From IMG/VR virus record IMGVR_UViG_3300042544_001590, positions 143,490 to 207,489 of that record: DNA of 64,000 nt. The stretch is one strand, 5' to 3'. Under the pieces are notes generated by a model. That model was not told the DNA's origin and did no database searches. It saw nothing but the letters and a program-made list of their open reading frames with translations. Positions 18,698-27,928 of the stretch are shown in pieces (the stretch's first letter is position 1; each line of letters begins with the position of its first letter). A program made the translations under genes and the position numbers.

Positions 18698-18856
18698 ATG
18701 GGAAATTACAACATATACGAAATCGAAACATTTGACGATAAGTGTCCGAATTGTGGATTGGATATTTACCAATTATTACACGTTGAAGAGTGGGGTAGGA
18801 CTTTTTGTGTCGATTGTTTGGACAGAGAACTTGAAAAATATGATAAACATTTTTAA
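18698..18856 (+). CDS. small zinc-finger protein (not in ORF track)
   Basis: 52 aa with CPNC...CVDC, starting 6 nt after motif copy 3. Confidence 0.6.
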   Translation: MGNYNIYEIETFDDKCPNCGLDIYQLLHVEEWGRTFCVDCLDRELEKYDKHF

Positions 18857-19115
18857 AAAACAAAAGATCAAAAAAGGTGACGTTTACGCAGTCCAAACTG
18901 GTGATTTCGTTGGGCAGCTATTCAATTTCATTAAAAAAGATGGGGATGATTACGTGTTTCTCTCCGTTCCAGATATAAAAATCCAAAGGGTTCCGATAGA
19001 AAAATTTGACTTTGGCAAAGAACATGAGATTATCGAATTCGTTGAACATCTCCCAAAAAATATCCGCCGCGTTATCGAAGCCCAATACGAAGTCCTTGCA
19101 AAAGAGGATGATTGA
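18840..19115 (+). CDS. hypothetical protein
   Basis: Likely ATG 18840. Confidence 0.55.
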   Translation: MINIFKKQKIKKGDVYAVQTGDFVGQLFNFIKKDGDDYVFLSVPDIKIQRVPIEKFDFGKEHEIIEFVEHLPKNIRRVIEAQYEVLAKEDD

Positions 19116-20130
19116 GTTTCCCACGGATTATGTGGTGTCCAAATTCTACGAATATGGATATAAAGTTTCTTTTAGCTCCCATAATGGAAATTATAATTGC
19201 TGTTGCCCCATATGCAGAGAGGGTAAAAGCTGGGGCAAAAAGAAAAGATGTTTCTACATTCCCGAAAATGACAATATCTTCTGTCATAATTGCGGTTGGT
19301 CGTCCAAACCTTTCAAATGGATTAAGGAAGTGTCGGGACTGTCATTCAATCAGATGGTGGATGAAATCGAGAAAGGTAATTACGGGATGATAAATGTCAT
19401 GGACATGGAGGATAAGCAGGAAAAGCCCAAATCAGCATCCCTACCCATTGATAGTATCAACTTATTTGATAAAACCCAGACGGATTACTACAAGAACAAT
19501 AAGATCGTCCAAAAAGCTCTGGCTTACATCAAGGAAAGACGGCTGGATACCGCTGTAAATCGACCAGATGCCTTCTACATCTCTTTGAAGGATGAGAAGC
19601 ATGATAAGCGTCTGGTGATCCCCTTCAAGGACGAGACGGGCAAGATTGTTTATTACCAAAGCAGACGATTGATGGATGATGAATCTCCTTCTTATCTCTC
19701 AAAAGATGGGGGTGACAAGAGTATCTTTGGAATTGAGCGCATATCCCCCGATCTGGATAAGGTTTTCCTTATTGAAGGTCCATTGGATGCCTGTTTTGTT
19801 AAAAATGGGCTTGGTCTGGGGGGTATTACTAAGGGAGATCAGCTTTTCACCGCATATCAACAGGAACAGATGGATGGTCTGAAGTTCTTTGAGCGTATTT
19901 GGGTGTTGGACTCGCAGTGGATAGATGAAACGGCGCGAAAGAAGACCCTAAAGCTCATAGAAATGGGGGAAAAGGTGTTTATCTGGCCTGAATACGATGG
20001 TAAACGCTTTAAAGACATAAATGCCGTGTGTATGGCTTATGAAATGAACGAATATCCCACAGATTTGATTTTAAAAAATAGCTGCAAAGGTTTGGCAGCT
20101 ACGGTAAAAATGAAAATGATTAAAAACTAG
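19108..20130 (+). CDS. DNA primase (T4 gp61-like)
   Basis: Zinc ribbon CPIC...CHNC, RLVIPF, YQSR, TOPRIM IEGPLD, VLD, KDIN. Confidence 0.92.
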   Translation: MIEFPTDYVVSKFYEYGYKVSFSSHNGNYNCCCPICREGKSWGKKKRCFYIPENDNIFCHNCGWSSKPFKWIKEVSGLSFNQMVDEIEKGNYGMINVMDMEDKQEKPKSASLPIDSINLFDKTQTDYYKNNKIVQKALAYIKERRLDTAVNRPDAFYISLKDEKHDKRLVIPFKDETGKIVYYQSRRLMDDESPSYLSKDGGDKSIFGIERISPDLDKVFLIEGPLDACFVKNGLGLGGITKGDQLFTAYQQEQMDGLKFFERIWVLDSQWIDETARKKTLKLIEMGEKVFIWPEYDGKRFKDINAVCMAYEMNEYPTDLILKNSCKGLAATVKMKMIKN

Positions 20131-20138
20131 AATATACT
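20120..20138 (+). promoter_or_regulatory. conserved motif, copy 4
   Basis: TTAAAAACTAGAATATACT-N6-ATG; TAG is the primase stop codon. Confidence 0.7.
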
Positions 20139-20144
20139 ACGATT

Positions 20145-20477
20145 ATGGAAATTGAAATTTTTGACCAACAAATTATTCAAAAAAAGTGGAAAAATTATGA
20201 TGCTCATACGCAAGATTATTTACCACATATTGGTTACGGTGCGTCTGGTACATATGACTCTATAACAAAAAAGGGAACGATTAGATCGTATATGAAAAAA
20301 TGTAAGGAACTTGAAAAGGCAGGTTACAAAAATTTAAAATTTTGTAACGGGGGCGATGACGACTGGTTGGTGGTAGATCACGATGCCAAAGAATTTGGAT
20401 TTTTTGAAGATTACGCTCCCTCTTTAGAAAGGGCTGTGAAATTTGACAACCTCACCACACTTTGGAATAATCATTGA
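20145..20477 (+). CDS. hypothetical protein
   Basis: 110 aa ORF after motif copy 4. Confidence 0.55.
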   Translation: MEIEIFDQQIIQKKWKNYDAHTQDYLPHIGYGASGTYDSITKKGTIRSYMKKCKELEKAGYKNLKFCNGGDDDWLVVDHDAKEFGFFEDYAPSLERAVKFDNLTTLWNNH

Positions 20478-20887
20478 GACTTTTTAGCAGTCATAAACGA
20501 TTGTTGAAGAGCAGCAAGATCAGAAGCAATGCGACCAATCTTCACTTGTTGATTCTTCAGATTGCCCAACATCGACTCAGGATTGGCGGTAGCCAGAACG
20601 CTCTGAATGCTGTTTGGTTGATCACCATTGAGATAACCAAGGAACTTATCAATATTTGCATTCCACTTATCAACAACACTAACCATTTGCTCATTCTGAC
20701 GAGCCATAGCATCCCCAATCTCATCAACAGCGGATGGATCAACTTCCATATCCACATCATAATCATCCATGGCAACATCGTCGTCTAAGGACATCTCAGC
20801 AGCATCGCGCTCCAAATCAGGATCGATGTCAAGTTGGGGAGCTTCTTGGAGAATACGGAGGAATTTAGCGTGGAATTTATTAGCCAT
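20471..20887 (-). CDS. acidic hypothetical protein, putative head core protein
   Basis: Late promoter; N-terminus KFLRILQE-A. Confidence 0.6.
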   Translation of the reverse strand: MANKFHAKFLRILQEAPQLDIDPDLERDAAEMSLDDDVAMDDYDVDMEVDPSAVDEIGDAMARQNEQMVSVVDKWNANIDKFLGYLNGDQPNSIQSVLATANPESMLGNLKNQQVKIGRIASDLAALQQSFMTAKKSQ

Positions 20888-20892
20888 ACCTT

Positions 20893-20915
20893 TATTTAGT
20901 CAAAAGTGTTAAATA
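20893..20915. promoter_or_regulatory. back-to-back late promoters
   Basis: TATTTA 20893 and TAAATA 20910, each 5 nt from an ATG. Confidence 0.75.
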
Positions 20916-20920
20916 TCTAT

Positions 20921-21271
20921 ATGTCTGCTTCAAATTCTCCCTATTCCACCGCAATCGCCTCTGGTGCCATTGATTTCGACTTTGAAAGTTCGTTGAATCC
21001 TTCGGAACAGATGCGAAAATACAAGACGGATGAGAAAGAAGCCAAGGCTCCCCACACTTTACCGTTTGAATTCGGAGAATTGCCCCAACAAATGGCAAAT
21101 ATCGTGGATAATGCGTTTGCAGCGTCCAAAAATCTGGAAAATCTCCTGAAAATGGAGGAATTCCAGAAAAACGGGGAACTCATCAAGCTCAAGGGTAATC
21201 TGGAGAAGATGATCATGTATTTGATGCAGAACGGGGATAAAACGCTTGAGAAATTCACGATTGGTGTTTAA
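20921..21271 (+). CDS. hypothetical late protein
   Basis: TAAATA-N5-ATG 20921. Confidence 0.6.
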   Translation: MSASNSPYSTAIASGAIDFDFESSLNPSEQMRKYKTDEKEAKAPHTLPFEFGELPQQMANIVDNAFAASKNLENLLKMEEFQKNGELIKLKGNLEKMIMYLMQNGDKTLEKFTIGV

Positions 21272-21286
21272 AAACTAGACTACAAT
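21268..21286 (+). promoter_or_regulatory. conserved motif, copy 5
   Basis: TTAAAAACTAGACTACAAT-N5-ATG. Confidence 0.7.
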
Positions 21287-21291
21287 AGGGT

Positions 21292-21462
21292 ATGACTTCA
21301 AAAACACTTCAAGACTTCCCCAGAGATGAGCAACTTGCGATTCTGAAAGATATCTGTAACAAAATTTATATCGCTCGGAACATTTCAATGTCTCCTGACA
21401 CGATTATTGAGAATCTGGAAGAGATTGATAGGCTTTTTCGAGATAACGAAAATTATAATTGA
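21292..21462 (+). CDS. small hypothetical protein (not in ORF track)
   Basis: 56 aa MTSKTLQDFPRDEQLAILKDIC... Confidence 0.55.
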   Translation: MTSKTLQDFPRDEQLAILKDICNKIYIARNISMSPDTIIENLEEIDRLFRDNENYN

Positions 21463-21471
21463 TGGTAATAA

Positions 21472-21879
21472 GTGGCACATATCCAAGGTAAAATAATGAA
21501 AAATCAGCAAAAATGGCTAACATCCAAGCTCAAAGGTTCTTGGGTGGACAAGGATGGACTATTGGAAATATGTATTTTTGAATCTCTTGTTCATTTTGTG
21601 GAGAAAGAGCGTGGTCTTTGTGATAATCTTGATGAATTATACAAAGAACAACTTGAGAAAGGGTATGTGACGCAAGAGACTGTTGATCTAATCAAGACCA
21701 GAGAAGGATTACTCAAACATTGCTACGATTGGATTAAAGTGGAGCGGGTTGAAATACAAAAATTGCTTGACTCTATTGAGGATTGGAGAGAATATGAGCG
21801 GATTGAACAAGAACTTTATGATGAGGATTCAGCGGTAATGAAAATTATCATTGAACAGCGCGGATACCTCTGGACATGA
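21472..21879 (+). CDS. hypothetical protein
   Basis: 135 aa; W.DKD...LVHFVEKE...RGYLWT. Confidence 0.6.
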   Translation: MAHIQGKIMKNQQKWLTSKLKGSWVDKDGLLEICIFESLVHFVEKERGLCDNLDELYKEQLEKGYVTQETVDLIKTREGLLKHCYDWIKVERVEIQKLLDSIEDWREYERIEQELYDEDSAVMKIIIEQRGYLWT

Positions 21880-22418
21880 AAATTATGAACGAAAAAACAA
21901 AAAGAATAGGATTGCAAATATTGGGAGGAATTGGCATTTCCCTCGGATTGGCATTCGGGTTGACTACAAATGAGACAGATTTCCTACGGTATTTCGTATT
22001 ATCTATGATTGGATGTGTAGTGGGAATGTTCTGGTGGGACAACCGCAAGCAAAAGGATGACAGGGTTGCCGATTTAGAGAACCAGCTTGAGAAAAAGCAG
22101 ACTGATGAGCGTGTGATTGCTCTGGAAAAGATGCTTCAGGAAGCGGATGGCGTGATGGTTGAACAGGAGGATGTGATTAAAAACTACGAGAGTATGTTGG
22201 ACGAAGCGACTGTTAGATTTCCCTGCAATTGTGGACAGAACATGTTTGAGGGGATATTCAAACCGGAGGAGGAATATGAAGTGAAATGTGATGCCTGTAA
22301 CAACACGTATTCCGTCACTCTAAAGATTGATAGCATACTAATTACCGAACCAATTGAAGACTTGAACATAGATAATCTAATTAAAACAAAACTGAATGAT
22401 AACAATAAAAACAAATAA
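21876..22418 (+). CDS. membrane protein with coiled coil and zinc ribbon
   Basis: Two hydrophobic segments, heptad region, CNC...CDAC. Confidence 0.6.
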   Translation: MKIMNEKTKRIGLQILGGIGISLGLAFGLTTNETDFLRYFVLSMIGCVVGMFWWDNRKQKDDRVADLENQLEKKQTDERVIALEKMLQEADGVMVEQEDVIKNYESMLDEATVRFPCNCGQNMFEGIFKPEEEYEVKCDACNNTYSVTLKIDSILITEPIEDLNIDNLIKTKLNDNNKNK

Positions 22419-22626
22419 AAAGGGGTTGGTCAAAATGACCATGGAGGAATTTGCAAAATGGGCTTGCTTGGTGGAAGCATTCCATTTCATTCAACAGAGG
22501 GCGGAAGAGCTTGAAGTGAATCCAATCAACATGATCAAACCAGCAGCAATCGAAAAGTATATTGAGGAAAGATTTGAGGCAATGCTTTGGGACACTCGGA
22601 TTGAACATCAATTAGGAAATATTTGA
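22396..22626 (+). CDS. hypothetical protein
   Basis: 76 aa ORF. Confidence 0.55.
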   Translation: MITIKTNKKGLVKMTMEEFAKWACLVEAFHFIQQRAEELEVNPINMIKPAAIEKYIEERFEAMLWDTRIEHQLGNI

Positions 22627-23451
22627 TAACATAACAGCTTCCACTTCAATCTTGTTCATATCATCCACGGATACAACACTTTTGAACTGTTCCTTGAGAA
22701 CTTTGGTATCCTGTCCCAATTCGTGGTGTCCAATCATGTAATTGCGGAAGCGATCCTTTAGGTCGTTCTTGTATGGAATGCCAGCGGGACGTTCAAAGCG
22801 GTGTAGCCAGCGCAGGAAGGGCAAGCAGAGCGTCTTCTTACCGTGTTGGCGATACTTCTCATGGATATACTTCTCCTCGCCTCCAAAGCCCCGAAACGCC
22901 TTGTTAAAGCCCAACCATGAGTCTGTTCTACAAGAGAACAATCCCATGCCTTGGGCTGGTATTTCAAATGGGGGAGCATCAACATCCTTTCCTCTTTCAT
23001 CTGTTTGCCAAGTTCCCCACATGTGGGAACTCCAAGTGTCGTCAAAGTGGGTGGAATAATGATGGAAATCGTCATATAGTAATGGACCTTGTAAAAGATT
23101 TCCAGCATCTCCCCCACAATCATACAAATGAATCAGCTTTTTCAAAGCACCGGGGACGATCATCACATGACTGTCCATGCAAAGGGTGTATGGGGTATCG
23201 GACAGGGAAAAAACCTTATTTTTAACGGTTGATGCGTTGTATTTGGTGAATGGTAGATACTGATAGGGTTCCTTGATCCAATTTGTCAGATTTCTATTTG
23301 ATTGTCCATGGGGGGAATCTGGATTATTATCAATGATAATAAATTCAATATTATTTAGGACTTCTCGATGATATGTTCTAATGGCTTGAATGCTGAAATA
23401 TAATCCGTCGTAATCATTGTAGGTGGGAATACCAATCGTGAGTTTTCGCAT
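22612..23451 (-). CDS. GT2 family glycosyltransferase
   Basis: LTIGIPTYN, IIIDN, CMDSHV, GFGGEE, WLHRF. Confidence 0.85.
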   Translation of the reverse strand: MRKLTIGIPTYNDYDGLYFSIQAIRTYHREVLNNIEFIIIDNNPDSPHGQSNRNLTNWIKEPYQYLPFTKYNASTVKNKVFSLSDTPYTLCMDSHVMIVPGALKKLIHLYDCGGDAGNLLQGPLLYDDFHHYSTHFDDTWSSHMWGTWQTDERGKDVDAPPFEIPAQGMGLFSCRTDSWLGFNKAFRGFGGEEKYIHEKYRQHGKKTLCLPFLRWLHRFERPAGIPYKNDLKDRFRNYMIGHHELGQDTKVLKEQFKSVVSVDDMNKIEVEAVMLSNIS

Positions 23452-23462
23452 GTGAATAATTA

Positions 23463-23948
23463 TCAGAACCCAAGCTTTTTACAATAACTTTCACATTCAA
23501 TAGGCACAACTGTTCCAGTTCTTGGAACAGTTGTTGTGGTCGTTGTGGTCGTAGTCGTTGTTGTGGTGGTCGTAGTTATTTGAATGGTGAATGGATTGAG
23601 AGATGTCGGGGGTATTAGATCAATAACTAACGGGGGAATGGTTCGTGTTGTAAAGTTCGGAATGACGGGGGAATTGATTACTGGTGGGTTTGGAGGGGGC
23701 GCACAGCAATCACTTAAAGATGGTGTCGTGGAAGAACCTGATGGTGTTGTTCCAGTGGTGCTTGTGGGGGGTTCTGGCGTGGTGGTGCCTGAGAGAGTAG
23801 TGGTGGTGCTTGTGGGGGGTTCTGTAGTGATGGGGGGTTCTGGCGTGGTGCTGGTAGTACTCGTGGTGCCTGAGAGAGTAGTGCTGGTGCTTGTGGTGGG
23901 TTCTGGCGTGGTGGTGCCTGAGAGAGTAGTGGTGGTGCTTGTGGGCAT
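23463..23948 (-). CDS. Thr/Pro/Ser-rich mucin-like protein
   Basis: Repeated TSTTTTLSGTTTPEP, a poly-Thr run, and Cys at CC and CESYC. Confidence 0.7.
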   Translation of the reverse strand: MPTSTTTTLSGTTTPEPTTSTSTTLSGTTSTTSTTPEPPITTEPPTSTTTTLSGTTTPEPPTSTTGTTPSGSSTTPSLSDCCAPPPNPPVINSPVIPNFTTRTIPPLVIDLIPPTSLNPFTIQITTTTTTTTTTTTTTTTVPRTGTVVPIECESYCKKLGF

Positions 23949-23971
23949 TACAGTGTCAAAGTATATTTACA

Positions 23972-24439
23972 TTATACGATCATATAATTTACATCGGAAA
24001 CGATGTAAAAAGTGTTGGAATCGTTGGAAGCCGATAGTGTTGACCACTCAACCGAAGTGACCCGAACCAGATTATCAATCTGAACACCCCCCAGAGCTTG
24101 GTTTGTATCACTAATCACACCAGAACCTCCAATTTTTTCCCAATCGGATAATAGAGAACCATCATTTACAGATAGGCGATATAATACATTCGCATCACTA
24201 TTATATGCTAGATCGCCAATTTCAGCAGGGGCAAAGATAGTAACATCTGGATTCGATCCTTTAAACACATTACCTGTCAACACTCCCCCATTATCAGCAC
24301 CATTCCCGATGAAAAGACGTTCGGTATCGGTGGTGAATGCGAATTCCCCGGAATTTAAAAGGACATTTAAACGTTCTGCGTTAGTTCCTTGACGGGCAAG
24401 CAACTTTAAAAGGGTGTCGTTGGTGATTGATATTGACAT
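23972..24439 (-). CDS. fibre/baseplate-associated protein with Mtd-N-like domain
   Basis: KLLARQGT...GEFAFTTDTERLFIGNG. Confidence 0.65.
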   Translation of the reverse strand: MSISITNDTLLKLLARQGTNAERLNVLLNSGEFAFTTDTERLFIGNGADNGGVLTGNVFKGSNPDVTIFAPAEIGDLAYNSDANVLYRLSVNDGSLLSDWEKIGGSGVISDTNQALGGVQIDNLVRVTSVEWSTLSASNDSNTFYIVSDVNYMIV

Positions 24440-24440
24440 A

Positions 24441-25499
24441 TTAGTATGTGAAGATTGGGATTGCGAATCTATTTACCGTTTTTCCGGTTTCGGATGTATT
24501 CCCCGCAAATGTGATGAATCCAGCGGAAGATAAGGTGATTGATATGGAAGAAAGACCATTGGAAGACAGTGCTGTGAAACTTGTCAATTGTATTCCGGGA
24601 ACCACACCATCCGTGAGTTGTGATGGACTACCATTGAATAGTGTGGATAGGGAATTATTGGTGGAATTTCCAGTCAGAGTATCATAAATTGTCAGCGCGT
24701 CCTTGGAAATGGCTTCCCAATTTGATAATGCCGTGGATGGCAATGATTGTAATTGGTAGATTACTTTATCAACCGATGCAGTGTTCCCTACTTTGGCGGG
24801 AAGTCCACTGAGGGCATTATAGGCAGACACGGGGAGGTGTGATTGGGTGTTTAGACCATAAGCTGAAATTCTGGCGTAATTTGCCGAAAGTATTCCAGAC
24901 TGGAATGTGAAATCGGTGGGGGAAACGGTCAGAGATATCGGTCTTCCATTACCACCACTCAATCCATTGCTAAATGAAGACGATAAAAGTTCTCTTGTAG
25001 TGATTCCACCAGTCTTGATTGAAAGTTGGTTGGATGATATTTCAAAAAAGTTTGTTCTATAATTTAGTTGGATTTTTCCATCAATGATATTGACACCATT
25101 TGTAACGGTGTTTGGGTTAATTTTGGAAGCGGATAATCCACTAACAGCCATATTAACGGTGGAAGACGAATCATATATAAATTCGGAAGAGAATTTGGTT
25201 CTCATGTCCCCCCAATTTGTTATGACACTATAAGGGGATGCTGTAAGCTGATACCAGATGGAATTAACGGAAACTAAGTCTCCAACTTCAGCCAAAGTGG
25301 TGCTAAGGCTATAATAATTATTCAGAGGGGGGTGAATTTTGCTGGAAACTGGATTACCCCCACTCAACACTCCATTACCAACGAATAGACGTTTGGAATC
25401 TGTTGCGTGAACAAGTTCTCCTTGGTCGAAACGGGTTGAATTGATCTCAGCGTTTGTTCCTCTACGAACTTTGATTTTTGAAATGTAAATGTCTGCCAT
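24441..25499 (-). CDS. tail fibre-like protein with Mtd-N-like domain
   Basis: KIKVRRGT...QGELVHATDSKRLFVGNG; Ser-rich. Confidence 0.65.
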   Translation of the reverse strand: MADIYISKIKVRRGTNAEINSTRFDQGELVHATDSKRLFVGNGVLSGGNPVSSKIHPPLNNYYSLSTTLAEVGDLVSVNSIWYQLTASPYSVITNWGDMRTKFSSEFIYDSSSTVNMAVSGLSASKINPNTVTNGVNIIDGKIQLNYRTNFFEISSNQLSIKTGGITTRELLSSSFSNGLSGGNGRPISLTVSPTDFTFQSGILSANYARISAYGLNTQSHLPVSAYNALSGLPAKVGNTASVDKVIYQLQSLPSTALSNWEAISKDALTIYDTLTGNSTNNSLSTLFNGSPSQLTDGVVPGIQLTSFTALSSNGLSSISITLSSAGFITFAGNTSETGKTVNRFAIPIFTY

Positions 25500-25511
25500 G
25501 GTTCTATTTTA

Positions 25512-26141
25512 TTATGTTAAGCGTTTCCATATATAAACACCAAAAGACGGTGGGGTGATGTTATGTGCTAATGATCCACCCGTTTCTTCTATAATATTAC
25601 TGTAAGAACCATATTCCAAAATGCTGTCCATACCAGAAAAACCGTTTCCGTCTCTGAGTGTGTCGGTGTTTTCTCCCCCGGTGCCGTTCCTTACTCTGTG
25701 GCTATGTGCTGGAATTTCATTTGTTGTTAATGTGTGTTGATATTCTCCAGCATTTGATCCGGGAGATATCGTTTTATTTACCCCGTTGGTATCCGTTCCA
25801 GTGCCAACTCCCGCCAAGAATACACCATCAGAAATTTTAACCCAAGTGGTTCCCACAAATCGAGTTTGGGGATTGACATCTAAAGTATCAAGATAAACTG
25901 CCCCGACCGGATAAAGATAATCGATAATACTGGGATAACCAGTCAATGTGAGACAATCCGCTGATAAACACCCACTAACAGATGCACCGTTTCCAGCAGA
26001 ACCCAACCTTAAAGAAGATTTGTTACCCAATCCATCATAAACAGGGGGTAAATTTGCTTCAGATAGTGGAACATTTGCAGTGTGTAGAACACCTTTGTAA
26101 CTATCAGCGACGAATAAATTGGTTAAATCTGGTAAAGCCAT
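25512..26141 (-). CDS. baseplate/short fibre protein with gp10 C-terminal-like domain
   Basis: YPVGAVY, NP, HTLT..EIPAHSH, AHNITPP...YIWKR; TAAATA-N5-ATG. Confidence 0.75.
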   Translation of the reverse strand: MALPDLTNLFVADSYKGVLHTANVPLSEANLPPVYDGLGNKSSLRLGSAGNGASVSGCLSADCLTLTGYPSIIDYLYPVGAVYLDTLDVNPQTRFVGTTWVKISDGVFLAGVGTGTDTNGVNKTISPGSNAGEYQHTLTTNEIPAHSHRVRNGTGGENTDTLRDGNGFSGMDSILEYGSYSNIIEETGGSLAHNITPPSFGVYIWKRLT

Positions 26142-26149
26142 ATTGTTAT

Positions 26150-27928
26150 TTATTCGGTGGATGTTAAGTTGGCAACTAATTGTTTTTGCAAGTTTGTCAA
26201 TAATGTTAAAATTCTTTGTAACATTAAAACGTTGATTGTTTCATTACCATTCATATAAAGATTGTTAGTGTCATATGTGATTTCCTGAATTTTGTTCAAA
26301 AACACATCATTTTTACCAATTGAATAGGAATTGGTGGCTTTGGTGTAAAGGGTTAATACATCTTTTAAAATATATGAGATGGTTTTATTTAAAAACAGAC
26401 CAAAAGATGTGTCTGAACAACGGATACCGTCATATGTTTTCACCAAATCCAATGAAACGGATGCAAGATATGAATTTAATATATTTTGACGAATTGGATA
26501 GATTCTACCGGAATTTAGAAGAAACAAATAATTTTTATCTGATTTAGTAATACTATCAAACATATAATTAGTGAAAAAATTGGAATCCGTTGTTTCGGTG
26601 TTCCATTTTAATACTCCATCACCGAATTTTTGTAAATAATTCTTGAATGTCTCTTTCTTCACATATTTTAGATTGTTTTCTCTCATTTGTCCCACTGGAT
26701 ATGTGGGGTTAGATATCATACGAGTGTGAGATTGCATAGTGCTATTCAAATAAAACACGTTTGAATCATAGGTTGAAAACGAAATTCTATAATTATCACT
26801 ATCATTAAACTCGAAAATTTCCTGATCCAATAAACTGTTCTCTATATCAAGAGGGTCAAAAAATGTCACATGGAATTTTTCAGATTTTTTATGCAGGATG
26901 AGAACACAATCATCAATAACCCTAATATTAACGTCCAATAGTTGATTAATACCAAGGGATTCTAAATTAAAGTCAACAATTTTATCAGTTGAATACTTAT
27001 TTCTAAGAGTGAGGTTATCCCCTTCAATGGATGTTCTGTAATTATTGCCAAACCGTATGAATTCCGTGGAATATTCTGTGAGGTTATAAAATTTACGATT
27101 CCATTTACCAATTAAATTTTTATATGCTTTTTGAGTTCCCCAAGTGAGAATTTCAGAATCAACATCCCCCAATTTAATACTGTCAATCAATACCAGAGTA
27201 TCACATGTGATATAATTGATTGAATCATACACCAACAATTCCCCAAGAATGATGATTGTTATTTTATTTTCAAATTCATCATAATCAATCCCATATATCT
27301 CTTGCCCAAATTCCAATTCTTGAATGGAATATTCAATATACCCCTCATCTGTAAATGATCCTTTAAGTGTATATAATTCAAATCCGGTGGAACAGAGGTA
27401 TTTGAAAGTTTGATCCGAGCTAACGAATAATGCACCATATTTAATTTTTTCCAGAAATGCCCATTCCGGGGAATATCGAAATGGATCAATGTGGGAGATG
27501 TTTTTCTTCCCAAGCATGAGATCGTCATTTCTCATGTCAACGATGGTGGATGACAACCCGTAATAATGGGAGTCGTTTTCCGTGAAATTGATGATTTGAG
27601 GATTATTAACAATCAGAGATTTGAAAACAATTAGATTATTCTGGTTGATGATGGATAATAATCTTTCCATCTCAACCTTGTTGAGAACATCAAAAACATT
27701 GGCTGTTATATCGGATGTTTCCGTGATTGAATCAAATTGATTGTCAAATTCCATTTTATTGAGATAGAAATCTGAAATGAAAGTGTTCTTCGGAGTAAGT
27801 TGCTCAGAAGTCTCGCTTTTTTTGCGTTCCGTATATGCAACCCCTTCTTCAACGTGGAAGAATCCAGAGTAATCGGCACCATTTAAGGTAAATGCTTCAC
27901 CGGATGTAAATTTGAAATAGGAAATCAT
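26150..27928 (-). CDS. putative baseplate structural protein
   Basis: 592 aa in baseplate operon. Confidence 0.5.
   Translation of the reverse strand: MISYFKFTSGEAFTLNGADYSGFFHVEEGVAYTERKKSETSEQLTPKNTFISDFYLNKMEFDNQFDSITETSDITANVFDVLNKVEMERLLSIINQNNLIVFKSLIVNNPQIINFTENDSHYYGLSSTIVDMRNDDLMLGKKNISHIDPFRYSPEWAFLEKIKYGALFVSSDQTFKYLCSTGFELYTLKGSFTDEGYIEYSIQELEFGQEIYGIDYDEFENKITIIILGELLVYDSINYITCDTLVLIDSIKLGDVDSEILTWGTQKAYKNLIGKWNRKFYNLTEYSTEFIRFGNNYRTSIEGDNLTLRNKYSTDKIVDFNLESLGINQLLDVNIRVIDDCVLILHKKSEKFHVTFFDPLDIENSLLDQEIFEFNDSDNYRISFSTYDSNVFYLNSTMQSHTRMISNPTYPVGQMRENNLKYVKKETFKNYLQKFGDGVLKWNTETTDSNFFTNYMFDSITKSDKNYLFLLNSGRIYPIRQNILNSYLASVSLDLVKTYDGIRCSDTSFGLFLNKTISYILKDVLTLYTKATNSYSIGKNDVFLNKIQEITYDTNNLYMNGNETINVLMLQRILTLLTNLQKQLVANLTSTE

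Noticed and set aside
13603-20130. TAG recoding or read-through at the KN* ends
   Set aside because: Only the clamp TAG is in frame with the next ORF. Conserved genes are intact in the standard code, so the TAG is explained by the DNA motif.
23584-24060. Val/Gly-rich plus-strand ORF
   Set aside because: Antisense shadow of Thr/Pro codons; the minus-strand ORF fits the operon
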